From NCBI GenBank assembly GCA_964019425.1, contig OZ025792.1, forward strand, positions 1 to 64,000: 64,000 nucleotides of DNA. Reading direction: 5' to 3'. Both the position numbers and the translations under genes were made by a program. The stretch's first letter is position 1; the number at the start of each line of letters is the position of its first letter. This DNA is from Flectonema sp. DT1601. Taxonomy: Eukaryota. Shown piece by piece: positions 46,241-57,249 of this stretch. The notes under the pieces were generated by a model. That model had not been told where the DNA came from and made no database searches. It worked only from the letters and a program-made list of their open reading frames with translations.

Positions 46241-47608
46241 TCAATAAGTAACCATCCACCCAATCTTGGGGCTCAATTCTATCATTCCTGAGGGCAGCTT
46301 CTTTTGTTTGATTCCTACGAAGCCAGAACTGAGTGCCATGTCGAGCTTCGTCCCATCACCAACATCTAATAAAATGAAACCCGCCTTAGAGATACCGAAA
46401 GGATATTCACCGACAGTTGCTCCACATGCTGGTCTCTCCAAACCAGACATTACGTAGGACTGCTGGAGTGAGTAGGGCTCACAGTAATAGTTTGTTTTCC
46501 AGGAGAGTGTAACCTTTCTCCCTCCACAAAAAGTTTCTGTCGATTCTGTCAAATAAGGAAAGAACACCTGAATCCACCCGCAATAATCATCACGAGAACA
46601 ACACCTGGCTTCACCATTAACAAAGCGTACTTTTCCGGAGCTTGCAGCAACTGCTCCCCTCGCGAGCATCGAATTCCAAAACAGTGCGTCAACCTTCCCA
46701 TCAAAAACATCGATGAATCGCTGCACAACTGGGAGGATGCTGGCTTTCCATCCGGATAGGACCTCGTTTTCCTTCTTACCAGTCTTTCCAGCCTTGCGAG
46801 TCTTTGTAGCCTTAGTAGTTTTACTAGTCTTGGTCTTACCAGTCTTAAGAAGAGTAAATATTTCCTCCATTTTGTGCATTAGATTCAACCAGTCACTTTT
46901 CATACCCGCAATGGTAACTTTTGGGAATCCACATCCCCCCATCACTTGATATCGGAAATACGAACTCAGTGCGTCCATCACAGAAATCCCGCAGGCAACT
47001 CGCGTCACATCAGTAGTTGTGGAGAAGTCGGGCATCAGAGTTTCCACGGTTTCCGCTTTAGTCTTCGCTGCCAACTTCTTCGTAAATTCCATCACAACTC
47101 CATTCCAGTCATCTGGATCTGTCTGTGAATCGATATTACCAACAGTAAAAGAAGGCCTCTCAATAGAGATAGTCTCTTGACCATCATGATCAACAAACTT
47201 AGAGCGAAGCTTTTCTGAGTTTTGGGAAACATGGATTGCGACAGATTGCAGAAACATGGTCCAAATCTGATCAGGTTCCAACCTGATCGGGTGATGCTCA
47301 AACCAAGCCAGCTCCATTGCTTTTAGAAAGCTGTGCACTGTGTCTCCTGTTTTGATAGTTTCTCCGTCATCACTCTTGCAAACGATCTTTTTAGTACCCA
47401 AGCGTTCCAATAATTGCTCCCCTTGCGGTAGCTTTGTGAAATCAACAATATCATATTCCTGTGTTCCCTGAGCAAGTTGTTCATTATTCAGGTATGGCGA
47501 TGGGTTAAAGCTTACTCCATCTGCTTCTCTTGTTACTTCAATTGGTGTTCGGTACAATTCAGCGCTGCATTTTGGGATGCCGAGTTCTTCATCGAGTTGC
47601 AACTCCAT
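46241..47608 (-). CDS. DUF4419-domain protein, paralog A
   Basis: AWFEHHPIRLEPDQIW, NSEKLRSKFVDHDG, PDFSTTT, MD..SSYF.Y...CGFPKVTI.G...DW, GWI..FFPY; ATG at 47608. Confidence 0.85.
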   Translation of the reverse strand: MELQLDEELGIPKCSAELYRTPIEVTREADGVSFNPSPYLNNEQLAQGTQEYDIVDFTKLPQGEQLLERLGTKKIVCKSDDGETIKTGDTVHSFLKAMELAWFEHHPIRLEPDQIWTMFLQSVAIHVSQNSEKLRSKFVDHDGQETISIERPSFTVGNIDSQTDPDDWNGVVMEFTKKLAAKTKAETVETLMPDFSTTTDVTRVACGISVMDALSSYFRYQVMGGCGFPKVTIAGMKSDWLNLMHKMEEIFTLLKTGKTKTSKTTKATKTRKAGKTGKKENEVLSGWKASILPVVQRFIDVFDGKVDALFWNSMLARGAVAASSGKVRFVNGEARCCSRDDYCGWIQVFFPYLTESTETFCGGRKVTLSWKTNYYCEPYSLQQSYVMSGLERPACGATVGEYPFGISKAGFILLDVGDGTKLDMALSSGFVGIKQKKLPSGMIELSPKIGWMVTY

Positions 47609-47966
47609 TTTGAAAAGGTTGTAAAAACTGATAGTAGTTTGATATAAAGAAAACAATTTGAGTAAGCCTTGGGCATTTTACCTTTCTATGAAAAATAAGC
47701 AAGATGCAAAATAGGGCATGTTGCGCAGCATAGCTAAGCATCACCTCCTTCTGCCGAGTAGTGGCATCAGTAAGTAATTCACGTGTAATATGAGTAATAG
47801 AATTGGGTCAGGGAAAACATCAATAAGGTCAAGTATAATAAAAAGAGTAATTCAGAAATAGAGAACAGGTTTGTAAACATTTAGGTTAGAGAGAGTTTGA
47901 ACCTGAGGAGTATTTCCCAATACTTATGATGGTACTGTTATGAGGAGTGTTTCCCAAATAGATAAA

Positions 47967-49265
47967 TCAATAAGTAACCATCCACCCAATCTTGGGGCTC
48001 AATTCTATCATTCCTGAGGGCAGCTTCTTTTGTTTGATTCCTACGAAGCCAGAACTGAGTGCCATGTCGAGTGTCTTTCCAGAGGACTGATCTGTAAATA
48101 GCAAGTCAGCTGTAGAGATACCGAACGGAAATTCCCCTATCATTGGTCCTTTGACTGGTCTCTCCAAACCAGACATTACGTAGCTCTGCTCAAGTGAGTA
48201 GGGCTCACAGAATTTGTTACCCAACCAGCTGGCTTCAGGTTCAGGAAGCCCTCTCATTGCTATGTTGCTGAGGTAAGGGAAGAACACCTGAATCCACCCG
48301 CAATAAAAATCACGAGGACGACATCTAACTTCGTTATCAACAAAAACAAGACGTCCACTACTTCCATCGAAGGCACCCCTCGCGAGCATCGAATTCCAAA
48401 ACAGTGCGTCAACCTTCCCATCAAAAACATCGATGAATCGCTGCACAACTGGGAGGATGCTGGCTTTCCATCCGGATAGGACCTTGTTTTCCTCACCCGT
48501 CTCAAGAAGAGTAAATGTTTCCTCCATTTTGTGCATTAGATTCAACCAGTCACTTTTCATACCCGCAATGGTAACTTTTGGGAATCCGCATCCCCCCATC
48601 AGAGAATACTCGAAATACGAACTGAAGACGTCCATCACAGAAATCCCGCAGGCAACCCGCGTCACATCAGTAGTTGTGGAGAAGTCGGGCATCAGAGTTT
48701 CCGCGGTTTCAGCTTTAGTCTTCGCTGCCAACTTCTTCGTAAATTCCATCACAACTCCATTCCAGTCATCTGGATCTGTCTGTGAATCGATATTACCAAC
48801 AGTAAAAGAAGGCCTCTCAATAGAGATAGTCTCTTGACCATCATGATCAACAAACTTAGAGCGAAGCTTTTCTGAGTTTTGGGAAACATGGATTGCGACA
48901 GATTGCAGAAACATGGTCCAAATCTGATCAGGTTCCAACCTGATCGGGTGATGCTCAAACCAAGCCAGCTCCATTGCTTTTAGAAAGCTGTGCACTGTGT
49001 CTCCTGTTTTGATAGTTTCTCCGTCATCACTCTTGCAAACGATCTTTTTAGTACCCAAGCGTTCCAATAATTGCTCCCCTTGCGGTAGCTTTGTGAAATC
49101 AACAATATCATATTCCTGTGTTCCCTGAGCAAGTTGTTCATTATTCAGGTATGGCGATGGGTTAAAGCTTACTCCATCTGCTTCTCTTGTTACTTCAATT
49201 GGTGTTCGGTACAATTCAGCGCTGCATTTTGGGATGCCGAGTTCTTCATCGAGTTCGATTCTCAT
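47967..49265 (-). CDS. DUF4419-domain protein, paralog B
   Basis: Same motifs; nearly identical to paralog A over the N-terminal half and the last ~30 codons. Confidence 0.85.
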   Translation of the reverse strand: MRIELDEELGIPKCSAELYRTPIEVTREADGVSFNPSPYLNNEQLAQGTQEYDIVDFTKLPQGEQLLERLGTKKIVCKSDDGETIKTGDTVHSFLKAMELAWFEHHPIRLEPDQIWTMFLQSVAIHVSQNSEKLRSKFVDHDGQETISIERPSFTVGNIDSQTDPDDWNGVVMEFTKKLAAKTKAETAETLMPDFSTTTDVTRVACGISVMDVFSSYFEYSLMGGCGFPKVTIAGMKSDWLNLMHKMEETFTLLETGEENKVLSGWKASILPVVQRFIDVFDGKVDALFWNSMLARGAFDGSSGRLVFVDNEVRCRPRDFYCGWIQVFFPYLSNIAMRGLPEPEASWLGNKFCEPYSLEQSYVMSGLERPVKGPMIGEFPFGISTADLLFTDQSSGKTLDMALSSGFVGIKQKKLPSGMIELSPKIGWMVTY

Positions 49266-49466
49266 TTGAGTAAGTATGCTGCTAAGGAAATACTAACCAA
49301 GTAGAGCACATCTCAGCTGATCTGCGACAAGACTCTTCAATCAAACTAACGATCGGATTGTTACCACAACTTCTCCCTCTCTCTCTCTCTCTGAAATGTG
49401 TAAATGAGCAAAAAAGGAAAATAATGAATTATTCCAAAAAAAGAAAAGGAAGTCATATCACTCATT

Positions 49467-50642
49467 TCAAGATCTCCTATCAACATTTAGAACATTAACC
49501 AAACGATGTCTCGATAATAAAACTGATTGAAAACTACTTCTTAGTAAGTTCATTAAGTCATATTCAGGAATAGTAATGTCGCAATTTTTACACGATTTCG
49601 CACCGTTAACGTGTCGCATGAATTGTGGAAAAGAAGAGATATTTGTCTGAGTTCGAAGATGAGGACAGCAAGAGGTACGATGTAGAGATTCATACGAAAA
49701 GTAAAACAAGCTCATTAAACGAGCAAGCTCTTCAAACATTAGGTACTTAAAGTTATAAGGAAACATTTCAATTAACGCAGTGTGAGGTCTCATGACGACA
49801 ATATTCGATAAACCAGCTCCGTGGGCAGCGATCAGTAGATCCGTTTTAAACAAAATCTCCAACTGCCGCTGATACGAGTGTCTCTCCATAATAACAACAC
49901 GTACATTACAAAAGTTAACTTTATCGCAAAAGTTTCGTATTACAGAGGCAACCTGGTCCTCAGAAAACTTCCTGTTCGAAGTTCTCTTTAAGAGAGTTAT
50001 TTCGATGACGTTATTTATTTGTTGAGAATCTGAAGTTGAGATGCCAAAATGTGACCAAAATAACTTTCTAAAAATACTTCCATGCCTAGGCTGGTGAAAC
50101 CACCTCCAACCAGGTCTCGTGTAAACTTTTTTAAAACACTTTCTCTTTGGAAGTGTTTTTGTAAACACTAAACTAACATTATTCAAAACTTTATACCATT
50201 CCAATATAATGTTTTTAAATAATTCGGAACCGTTTTCGGGATCAGCACACGGATGTGAAAACACAACTTTTTGAACCGGAAAACCCAAATTCACATAACT
50301 CGTCACAATCCCGGCATCCTTAACCAGGTGTCCTAAGGCGCAGCCATCGTCAGCGAAATAAACGTTTTCATTAATAATTTGATCGTTGGCGGTGATATTT
50401 CGTAGTTGACGATGAACCTTTTTACTACTCTGGACTATACAAGCATTGTCTCTGTAGTGAACTGCTGAGGGTAACTCAAATGATTGTTCGGAATAATTGT
50501 TTTCAACGTCAGAATCTGTTTCGACTTCCAATTCTTCTTGTCTTTGTTGTTTAATCCGAGACTGACTTTCTACTCCCTGCAGTATTAATGTGCTTATCGC
50601 TGCACCAATTACCATCACTAACATCGCATACAAGAGTCTCAT
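49467..50642 (-). CDS. Glycosyltransferase family 61 (EOGT/xylosyltransferase-like), type II membrane protein
   Basis: N-terminal TM; R..NRKF; QL.ILFKTDLLIAAHGAGLSNIVVMRPHTALIEMFPY. Confidence 0.85.
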   Translation of the reverse strand: MRLLYAMLVMVIGAAISTLILQGVESQSRIKQQRQEELEVETDSDVENNYSEQSFELPSAVHYRDNACIVQSSKKVHRQLRNITANDQIINENVYFADDGCALGHLVKDAGIVTSYVNLGFPVQKVVFSHPCADPENGSELFKNIILEWYKVLNNVSLVFTKTLPKRKCFKKVYTRPGWRWFHQPRHGSIFRKLFWSHFGISTSDSQQINNVIEITLLKRTSNRKFSEDQVASVIRNFCDKVNFCNVRVVIMERHSYQRQLEILFKTDLLIAAHGAGLSNIVVMRPHTALIEMFPYNFKYLMFEELARLMSLFYFSYESLHRTSCCPHLRTQTNISSFPQFMRHVNGAKSCKNCDITIPEYDLMNLLRSSFQSVLLSRHRLVNVLNVDRRS

Positions 50643-50872
50643 TTCATTCTAATTTCATAAATTCCCTTTTCTGGATAATAAAAACGTTAAGTTGAAGTTT
50701 GCAATAAAAAGGAAAAAAAGAAAGTAGTCGTTACGAAAGATTACAAAGCAATCGGCAGGAGCAGATAATTCTTCATTTTGGAGCAAAACTGTAAAGTCAG
50801 CAAAACAGACAGCAATGACTGTCGTTGAAGAAGAAACAAAGTAGTCAGCAACACCAACCATTTGATGGTTGG

Positions 50873-52198
50873 TTAAGATTTCCAAGAACGAGAATACCAA
50901 TCTGAATGATTTCTCGGGTTTCTCTTTATGGGTACACTCGCATCAACAAGTGATTTATGAACACAAGGACCAGTTTCTGGAACCCACGGGCCACGGATTG
51001 GAGCTGATGGCTTCTCTGGTACAAACTTAACTAAAGATGATAACTGAGATTCTAATTGAGGATCAGTAAATACCCAGGTAGGACCAACTGGAGGTTTTAA
51101 TAATAAAGTTGGAGTTGATGAAACAATCTTGGGGGGTGCATGAGACCGTTTTGGAATAGCAAACACATTTCTTGCACGAGCAGCTGCTTTGATGACAGTT
51201 TTAATTTTCTTTCGGTACATCGCACTGATTGGATCGCTGTCATCTGTTGGTGAAGGAGTTCTACTACTCGGAAGAGGATTATTGTAAGTGGGATTCACTA
51301 ATGGGATTGCTTCCCCAAAATGACTTCCGAATTGACATTCCGCTTTGACCTTCGTAAGCATTCGAATCGCCTCTACTTTAGTTCGAAGTTGTCTTTTCCT
51401 TCTTGAAACCAACCAATTAATATCCTGTTGCGTGACTGGCCAATTAAATATAGGCCTCGACGGTAAAGCTAACAGGTTACATATTATATCCATTTGTTGC
51501 TGGGTAAAGGCTTCCATGTGTCTTTGCATGTGCTGAGCTTTCGAAGCCGCATGTTGCCACATCGACTTTTTCCACTTGCTCTTCTTGTTTCGTTGGCTGT
51601 CGATTATTTCAGCTCGCTGTTTTTTTATTACAGACATACAGCCCTTATAGGCCATTGTTAGATCTTTGCAACGCTCTCCGTATTGTTGCTCCCACGCGGC
51701 AACATTTGTTAGGAAAATATGAGCCAAGTGAACAGAGTAGTCTTGTAAGATAATAACTCGCTGGGCATCTTTACAAATAATTTGTGATTCCACCTGTTTG
51801 AGATGCCTGACTCGTTCTTTTGCCTCAAACAACGTTGCTTGTCTGATCTTGACTTGAAGTTCGCGTTGTTGTTGTTTCTCATACTTCTTCCACAATTCTG
51901 TTAAATCTTCTTTCCACTTCTCTTTACGAAGCTGTCTTGTTCGGATCCTCCGTTGTACGTTCTTCGCAGCTCTCTGCAAAGATCGTATCGCTCTCGTACA
52001 CCAAATAATAGTATCAAATCCCCCTAAGAAGCTTATAATACAAGTAGTCGCATCGTGCAACGTTTCCGGATGGTGCGCAGATATTTGATTGTAAGCGTGG
52101 CATCCAACAGTTAATATTTTTCGTCGTTCTCGTTTTCCTGGTCTGCTTACTTCATCAGCAAGAATACCAGGATGATATACACCATGTTGGGAATTCAT
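50873..52198 (-). CDS. Hypothetical basic helical protein with an IQ-like motif
   Basis: Long ORF, probable ATG at 52198; AAKNVQRRIR; shares a motif block with 19162..20775. Confidence 0.72.
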   Translation of the reverse strand: MNSQHGVYHPGILADEVSRPGKRERRKILTVGCHAYNQISAHHPETLHDATTCIISFLGGFDTIIWCTRAIRSLQRAAKNVQRRIRTRQLRKEKWKEDLTELWKKYEKQQQRELQVKIRQATLFEAKERVRHLKQVESQIICKDAQRVIILQDYSVHLAHIFLTNVAAWEQQYGERCKDLTMAYKGCMSVIKKQRAEIIDSQRNKKSKWKKSMWQHAASKAQHMQRHMEAFTQQQMDIICNLLALPSRPIFNWPVTQQDINWLVSRRKRQLRTKVEAIRMLTKVKAECQFGSHFGEAIPLVNPTYNNPLPSSRTPSPTDDSDPISAMYRKKIKTVIKAAARARNVFAIPKRSHAPPKIVSSTPTLLLKPPVGPTWVFTDPQLESQLSSLVKFVPEKPSAPIRGPWVPETGPCVHKSLVDASVPIKRNPRNHSDWYSRSWKS

Positions 52199-52820
52199 AC
52201 ACAACGCCTGTGAGTAGAAAAGTATAAAACAACTCATTCATGATTTCTTGATTGCTAACAACATATTCAAACGATCGCCGAAAATTACAGTACAGTATTT
52301 CAGATAAAAAACTAAATAAAATAAAATCAGTCCTACTCACATCGCAGGAATGTACACAACGAAAAAGATCTGAAGATAAAACTCATATCAGATTCCGTAA
52401 ACGTAAAAGTCGAGTCTCAATGAACTTGTGATGGGTTGAAAAAAACCCTATTCACACTATGAACAGAATGGATGTAGACATTTGGCAGAATAATAAAAGT
52501 CACTATAAATAAAAGACAAGACTGCACCGAGCTGCGAAGACAGCTCAACCAGCCTGCTTTATCTTTTGTCAACGGATTTACATCGACAAAGGCAACAAAA
52601 CTGAAAGATATGTTAATAAACCAATGACAGTGAGGAGTACTCCTGTCAGTTACTTATTCGGCGGCTTACTTGAAAAGGGAATAACGGTAACTGTTGATCA
52701 AAGGCGGAATGGACTTAACGATACGTCCGCTATTTTTATGTGGCATCTTATGATACTCTTTCTGCACCGACTGACAGCTTTTGCTTGTTATTAATAGGTG
52801 TAGGAAAGGACAGTCTACCA

Positions 52821-53335
52821 GATCGCTTGGTAAGATCCTCCCAAAGCCGTCCGATCCCGTGTCGCAGCTCACCAGCTTCTGCGGAAATTCATGAAACGAC
52901 TCTGTTCCTCCGTCGGCTTCGGGTACGTCACGTTCGGGCACCTCATCGGAACAGTCGAAAATTCCAACTGAAGAACATTCTCTTTGAACGAAAACGCCGA
53001 CGACGATCCATCGAACGAACCGCTCACGGCAGAGCACTTCAGGTCACCTCCCGCGGGAAGGATGAAGTTGCACGAGTACCCTCCCTGTGCTCCGTTCACA
53101 GCGTACGCGCACACCTCCATGTTGCCGTACTTGCAGCTGAATTCGTTCACTCCGTTCCCACGTGGCGCCATGCGCTGAGTCACCCAGAGGTCCGCGCTTC
53201 CCGTGTTCTTGTAGCTGCAGTCTCCGTTGTCGCACGAAATGCTCTTCGTGTTGCTGTCCAACAGGGCTCCCTTCAGAGGTGAAACATGGCTTCCGATCAC
53301 GTTCACCGTTCCCTGCACGTCACAGTTCATCTCAG
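52821..53335 (-). pseudogene. Internally deleted fragment of the arrayed cathepsin gene
   Basis: About 52912-53335 matches 2570-2993 almost exactly; it is joined to short pieces matching about 2108-2141 and 1723-1789. No start codon, signal peptide or catalytic Cys. Confidence 0.92.
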
Positions 53336-55230
53336 CGGAAGTGAAAGAAGCCTAGCATTCATACAAACCACAACTGCAGACTACTTTCTTATAAGACCTA
53401 CGCCAGTAAGATAGCTGTGGCTACCCGCCTGCATATCTCGGATTAAGAGTACCTATTGACCTAGTAAATTATTTAACGAAGATGGCTTGCAATTGTTATT
53501 ATATAACGACAAGGAAAGGGTAAAAGAATAGAGCCAAAGAAACCTATTTTTTTGTTTTTGTTTTTGTTTTTTTAAGTAGAAGGTCAGATGGTAGGTATGA
53601 GCGTATGAGAGCGTAAGTGATTTAGAGAAATCGTTAAGGAGGCGGAGAAAAATGAAAAATATTTCGACGAAAAGCGTTTTGCTGTGGGAAGGATTCCTGT
53701 TTGTCAATTTTTGTAATTCAGCTGCTGACTTTTCTTCATATTTGTAGCCAAGACATTTTGACATACCTCAATTGACTTCTATTTCAGATCTTGTATAATC
53801 AAAAGAGGTGAATGGTATCTCGTACGCATGGTTCTTCATAACTTTCGCAGATAATTTGGGGACTTTCCGCGATGACCACCACGGTATTGGTATTGGGGTG
53901 TTCCATGACTAGGGGTTGATAGTCTTGAACCTTACCTACAGTATGGTAAGTTATAGAGTGATCCCAGAGGAGAGCGCCCGTCCACTTTCGTAGAGTTGGG
54001 CAACGAAACAATTACAAAATCGTATTATTCTTGTTCCGTACTTTGAAGATTGAGAACTTCCAGTAATGGCAATTCTTGTGCAAGCAGTTCAAGTTGAGCT
54101 CTACGCGTTCATCAGCGTTCTGACTAACGTCATCGCAAGGATTAACAATTCCTTTTGTGAGGGGAGGGTATCGGGGAGGATTTTGATGGGTAACTCCTGA
54201 GTGTGAGGGACGGATGTTTTACACCATCATTGTGTTCATTATATAATTGCGTTGTGATCGTAAGAAGCAAACAGAAATAACAAAGAGAGACCAAGGAACC
54301 GAAAGACCCGCACAAAATTAGAAGCCAAGTTATGTGGCAACTACAATAGAGAAGGAAATATATATTTTACATCCCTGACAAAGCTTCGGGTTAGGAAAGA
54401 AGAGGTGATTGGTACCCTAAAAGATATTAGAAAGGTGAGAAGGTTTTTGGAGAGGAAGAACTATTTTATATCGACGCACGAAACTCCTCGGATGGTTTTG
54501 TATCCTTTTATAATCCGCGGCGAGTAGGCAAAGGTAGGAAGACACAAAATCAGTAGAGGATTGCGGGGACTATGAATTATTTTCAACCCTAAATGGTTAC
54601 AACGTATGAGATTGTAAACAGTCGACTCGATGTCCAAAAATAAAAAAAATAAAAAACTTGACTGCATAGTAACAACCCGAAGGGTTTTGCAAATATTTTT
54701 ACAGCAAGAAAAAGACAATCGAAGAAAAAAAAAGGGATAATATAACTTCTCAAAGAGATGGTGAATGATTTGAATAAAAATAAAAAGAAAACCTCGGTCG
54801 GTCTGAGCTTAAGAACTATGCAAAAGAAAACTATTCTTCTGTACCTGGAATTCTGCCTATAAGTGTGTAACGCTACCTATCTACTGGATTGGCTCGGGTA
54901 AAAGAACGAGAGAGCGTAGCTCTCCAGGAAAGCGAAAATAAAAGTATGTACTATAAAAAAATATGTAAAAAGAGGTACAAGAAATCTGATAATATTCACC
55001 AAACTAACTCGTTTTGCTTGCAAGCTTATTATATAATTTCTCAATGGTACGAGTTGAAACGTTTAGCGAAACATATTATCAGAACTAAAAAAAGAAAATC
55101 ACAAAAAAGACAACTCAACCGCGAAAGCAGAGTTGCTGAACTCTACCTGGAAGTCGCTTACCCGATCGGCATTCGCATTCAAACAAATATATAACAATAT
55201 ATGATTCACCCACACTGGGTGTCCAGTGTC

Positions 55231-56799
55231 CTAATTAACAAGCCCGAGTGGTCGACGATCGTACTCAAAGAGAATAGAAGACTTTCTAGCGAAGCTATAC
55301 GGACTCATATTCTCCCAAATAGTAATACAATTACTGATTGCTGTGGTAATTGGGTTCTCTAGGATATCTTCTTCTCCTTGGTGGACATTAGTCCTCCAGA
55401 TTTTAATATTTCTATTTATTGACCTCATGATGTCAATGCGAGATGATGCACAAACTTCATTAGCACAATCCTTCTGTCCTCCGAAAGAAAAAGAACGAAG
55501 TGACGTATTGAGTTCCAAAGCATCTTGAATATAACAAATTGAATCTGAAGGGATACTATTGTCTGTGAGTGACAATTTACTAAGTGTTGTATTTAACGTA
55601 ATCATGTAGGCCCACGCATCCCCTCCCTCTTCCATTGAGTTGTTGCCTCCAAAATCTAAGCTGGTTAAGTTGCTGTTGACCTCCAACATCGCAGCGAAAG
55701 CCACACTATCACCTTCTTCAATACAACACGTATTAACGTTTAGTGTCGTCAGTGGAATATTAAGCGCTAAAGTCCTACAGAGAAGATGCGCAGAATTAGA
55801 AAGATCGTTGTTGCGGAGAACAAGGTTTTTGAGGTGCCTATCAGACTCTAAATAATTGCAAAGTGTTTCCACACATGCCAACGTCCCCACACAACAGTTT
55901 TCTAAGTTCAAAGTAGACAAGCATGTTTCTTTATGCTCCAGATTTCGGAACAACTCCATTGATCTTGCCAGAAGTTTATTATCGGATAAAACTACACTTC
56001 GCAAATTCGGCTTACTTAAACCAGACAAAAGAATTGGACAAAGACTCAGGTATGTTGACTGCAGTTCTAAAATACGCAACTGGTTGTTCTTCACAAGTGC
56101 CATACCAAGGTTCCTGCTACCGTACAGTCCTAATTTATTTCCTCTCAAGCTAAGCTCTAAGAGTGGGCACTCGTTATCTTGGAGAGTCAGTGCCAGGAGT
56201 TGCATTCCCTCATACGTCATTGCAACGTTTCGGATGCCAAGTGACGTTAGCGTGCGATTCTCCTTAAAACATTTACAGATTTCCTTAATTCCGCAATCGC
56301 CGAATTTATTACCTCCCAAGTGAATTTGTATTAGCGTCTCATTCTTCTTCAAACCTATTGCTAAGTACCGAACTCCCTTTTGTGTTATTTTATTGTCTCC
56401 AAGCTTGAGGCGTTTCAACGGCGGATTGGCTGACAACACATTCGCCAGCATTTCGCAGACGTTGTCACCTATTCCACAAGAGAACAATTCCAGGACGGCA
56501 AAGCCGTGGAGGCGAGTTGTACCAAGAAAATAACGCATCGATCTGAGTGAAAAAGTGTTGTATGACACCACTAGTTCAGTCTCATTGTCGTACTTGCTGC
56601 AACTGCGCATCAGGTCTGCCAGTATTCTCATGTCGACCTCACCTAAGTTAGCATGCGACAACATAACTTTACCATCCAATCCTCTTATCTGTAATTCTTG
56701 CAGCTGTAACATAAACTTTCCATTCATCCGAATTGCACCACTCATCGCAGCGGCCCTGTACTTACGCATAGCAGTTGTAATCTCTAACACGCCCGACAT
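55231..56799 (-). CDS. Ribonuclease-inhibitor-type leucine-rich repeat protein (NLRC3-like LRRs)
   Basis: Repeated ~28-aa units such as LKRLKLGDNKITQKGV..LA..LKKNETL and LTSLDFGGN. Confidence 0.88.
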   Translation of the reverse strand: MSGVLEITTAMRKYRAAAMSGAIRMNGKFMLQLQELQIRGLDGKVMLSHANLGEVDMRILADLMRSCSKYDNETELVVSYNTFSLRSMRYFLGTTRLHGFAVLELFSCGIGDNVCEMLANVLSANPPLKRLKLGDNKITQKGVRYLAIGLKKNETLIQIHLGGNKFGDCGIKEICKCFKENRTLTSLGIRNVAMTYEGMQLLALTLQDNECPLLELSLRGNKLGLYGSRNLGMALVKNNQLRILELQSTYLSLCPILLSGLSKPNLRSVVLSDNKLLARSMELFRNLEHKETCLSTLNLENCCVGTLACVETLCNYLESDRHLKNLVLRNNDLSNSAHLLCRTLALNIPLTTLNVNTCCIEEGDSVAFAAMLEVNSNLTSLDFGGNNSMEEGGDAWAYMITLNTTLSKLSLTDNSIPSDSICYIQDALELNTSLRSFSFGGQKDCANEVCASSRIDIMRSINRNIKIWRTNVHQGEEDILENPITTAISNCITIWENMSPYSFARKSSILFEYDRRPLGLVN

Positions 56800-57249
56800 G
56801 TTTTATATAAGTCAGCTTGATTTAATTAGTAATTACTTTTTCGAAACAAACAGACACAATATAAGGCAGTAATTAAAATCAAATACCAAGTTACGTATTA
56901 AAGCTGCAGAATAGATGGTTAATACCTCATCTTTATGATAGATTCCGTATGCCAATACATGTAAAGCACAAAAAATAATAATGTTAGCCAGAAAGAGGAA
57001 TCTGATTAAGAATCCACAAAGAAGAACAAGAAGAAAATAACTTTTTGAACAAATTAAAAATTCACGATAAATTAACGCAAATAGGCGTTAAACCTACTTC
57101 CAAGATTATCGGTTCCGTCTTGTTCTTTCAAATCAAAACAGATGTCAAAAATAAAGAACATCAAAGAAAATAAATCGCATCTAAAATGGGAGAAGAATAA
57201 GGTCGATCGTTTTTTGTCTTGTAACTAGTAAGAATGGATCTGCCGTGAG

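Noticed and set aside
53340..55200. Coding-like fragments (e.g. ELPLLEVLNLQST) suggesting a decayed gene or element
   Set aside because: Frames are interrupted and no diagnostic motif is present, so no call can be supported.
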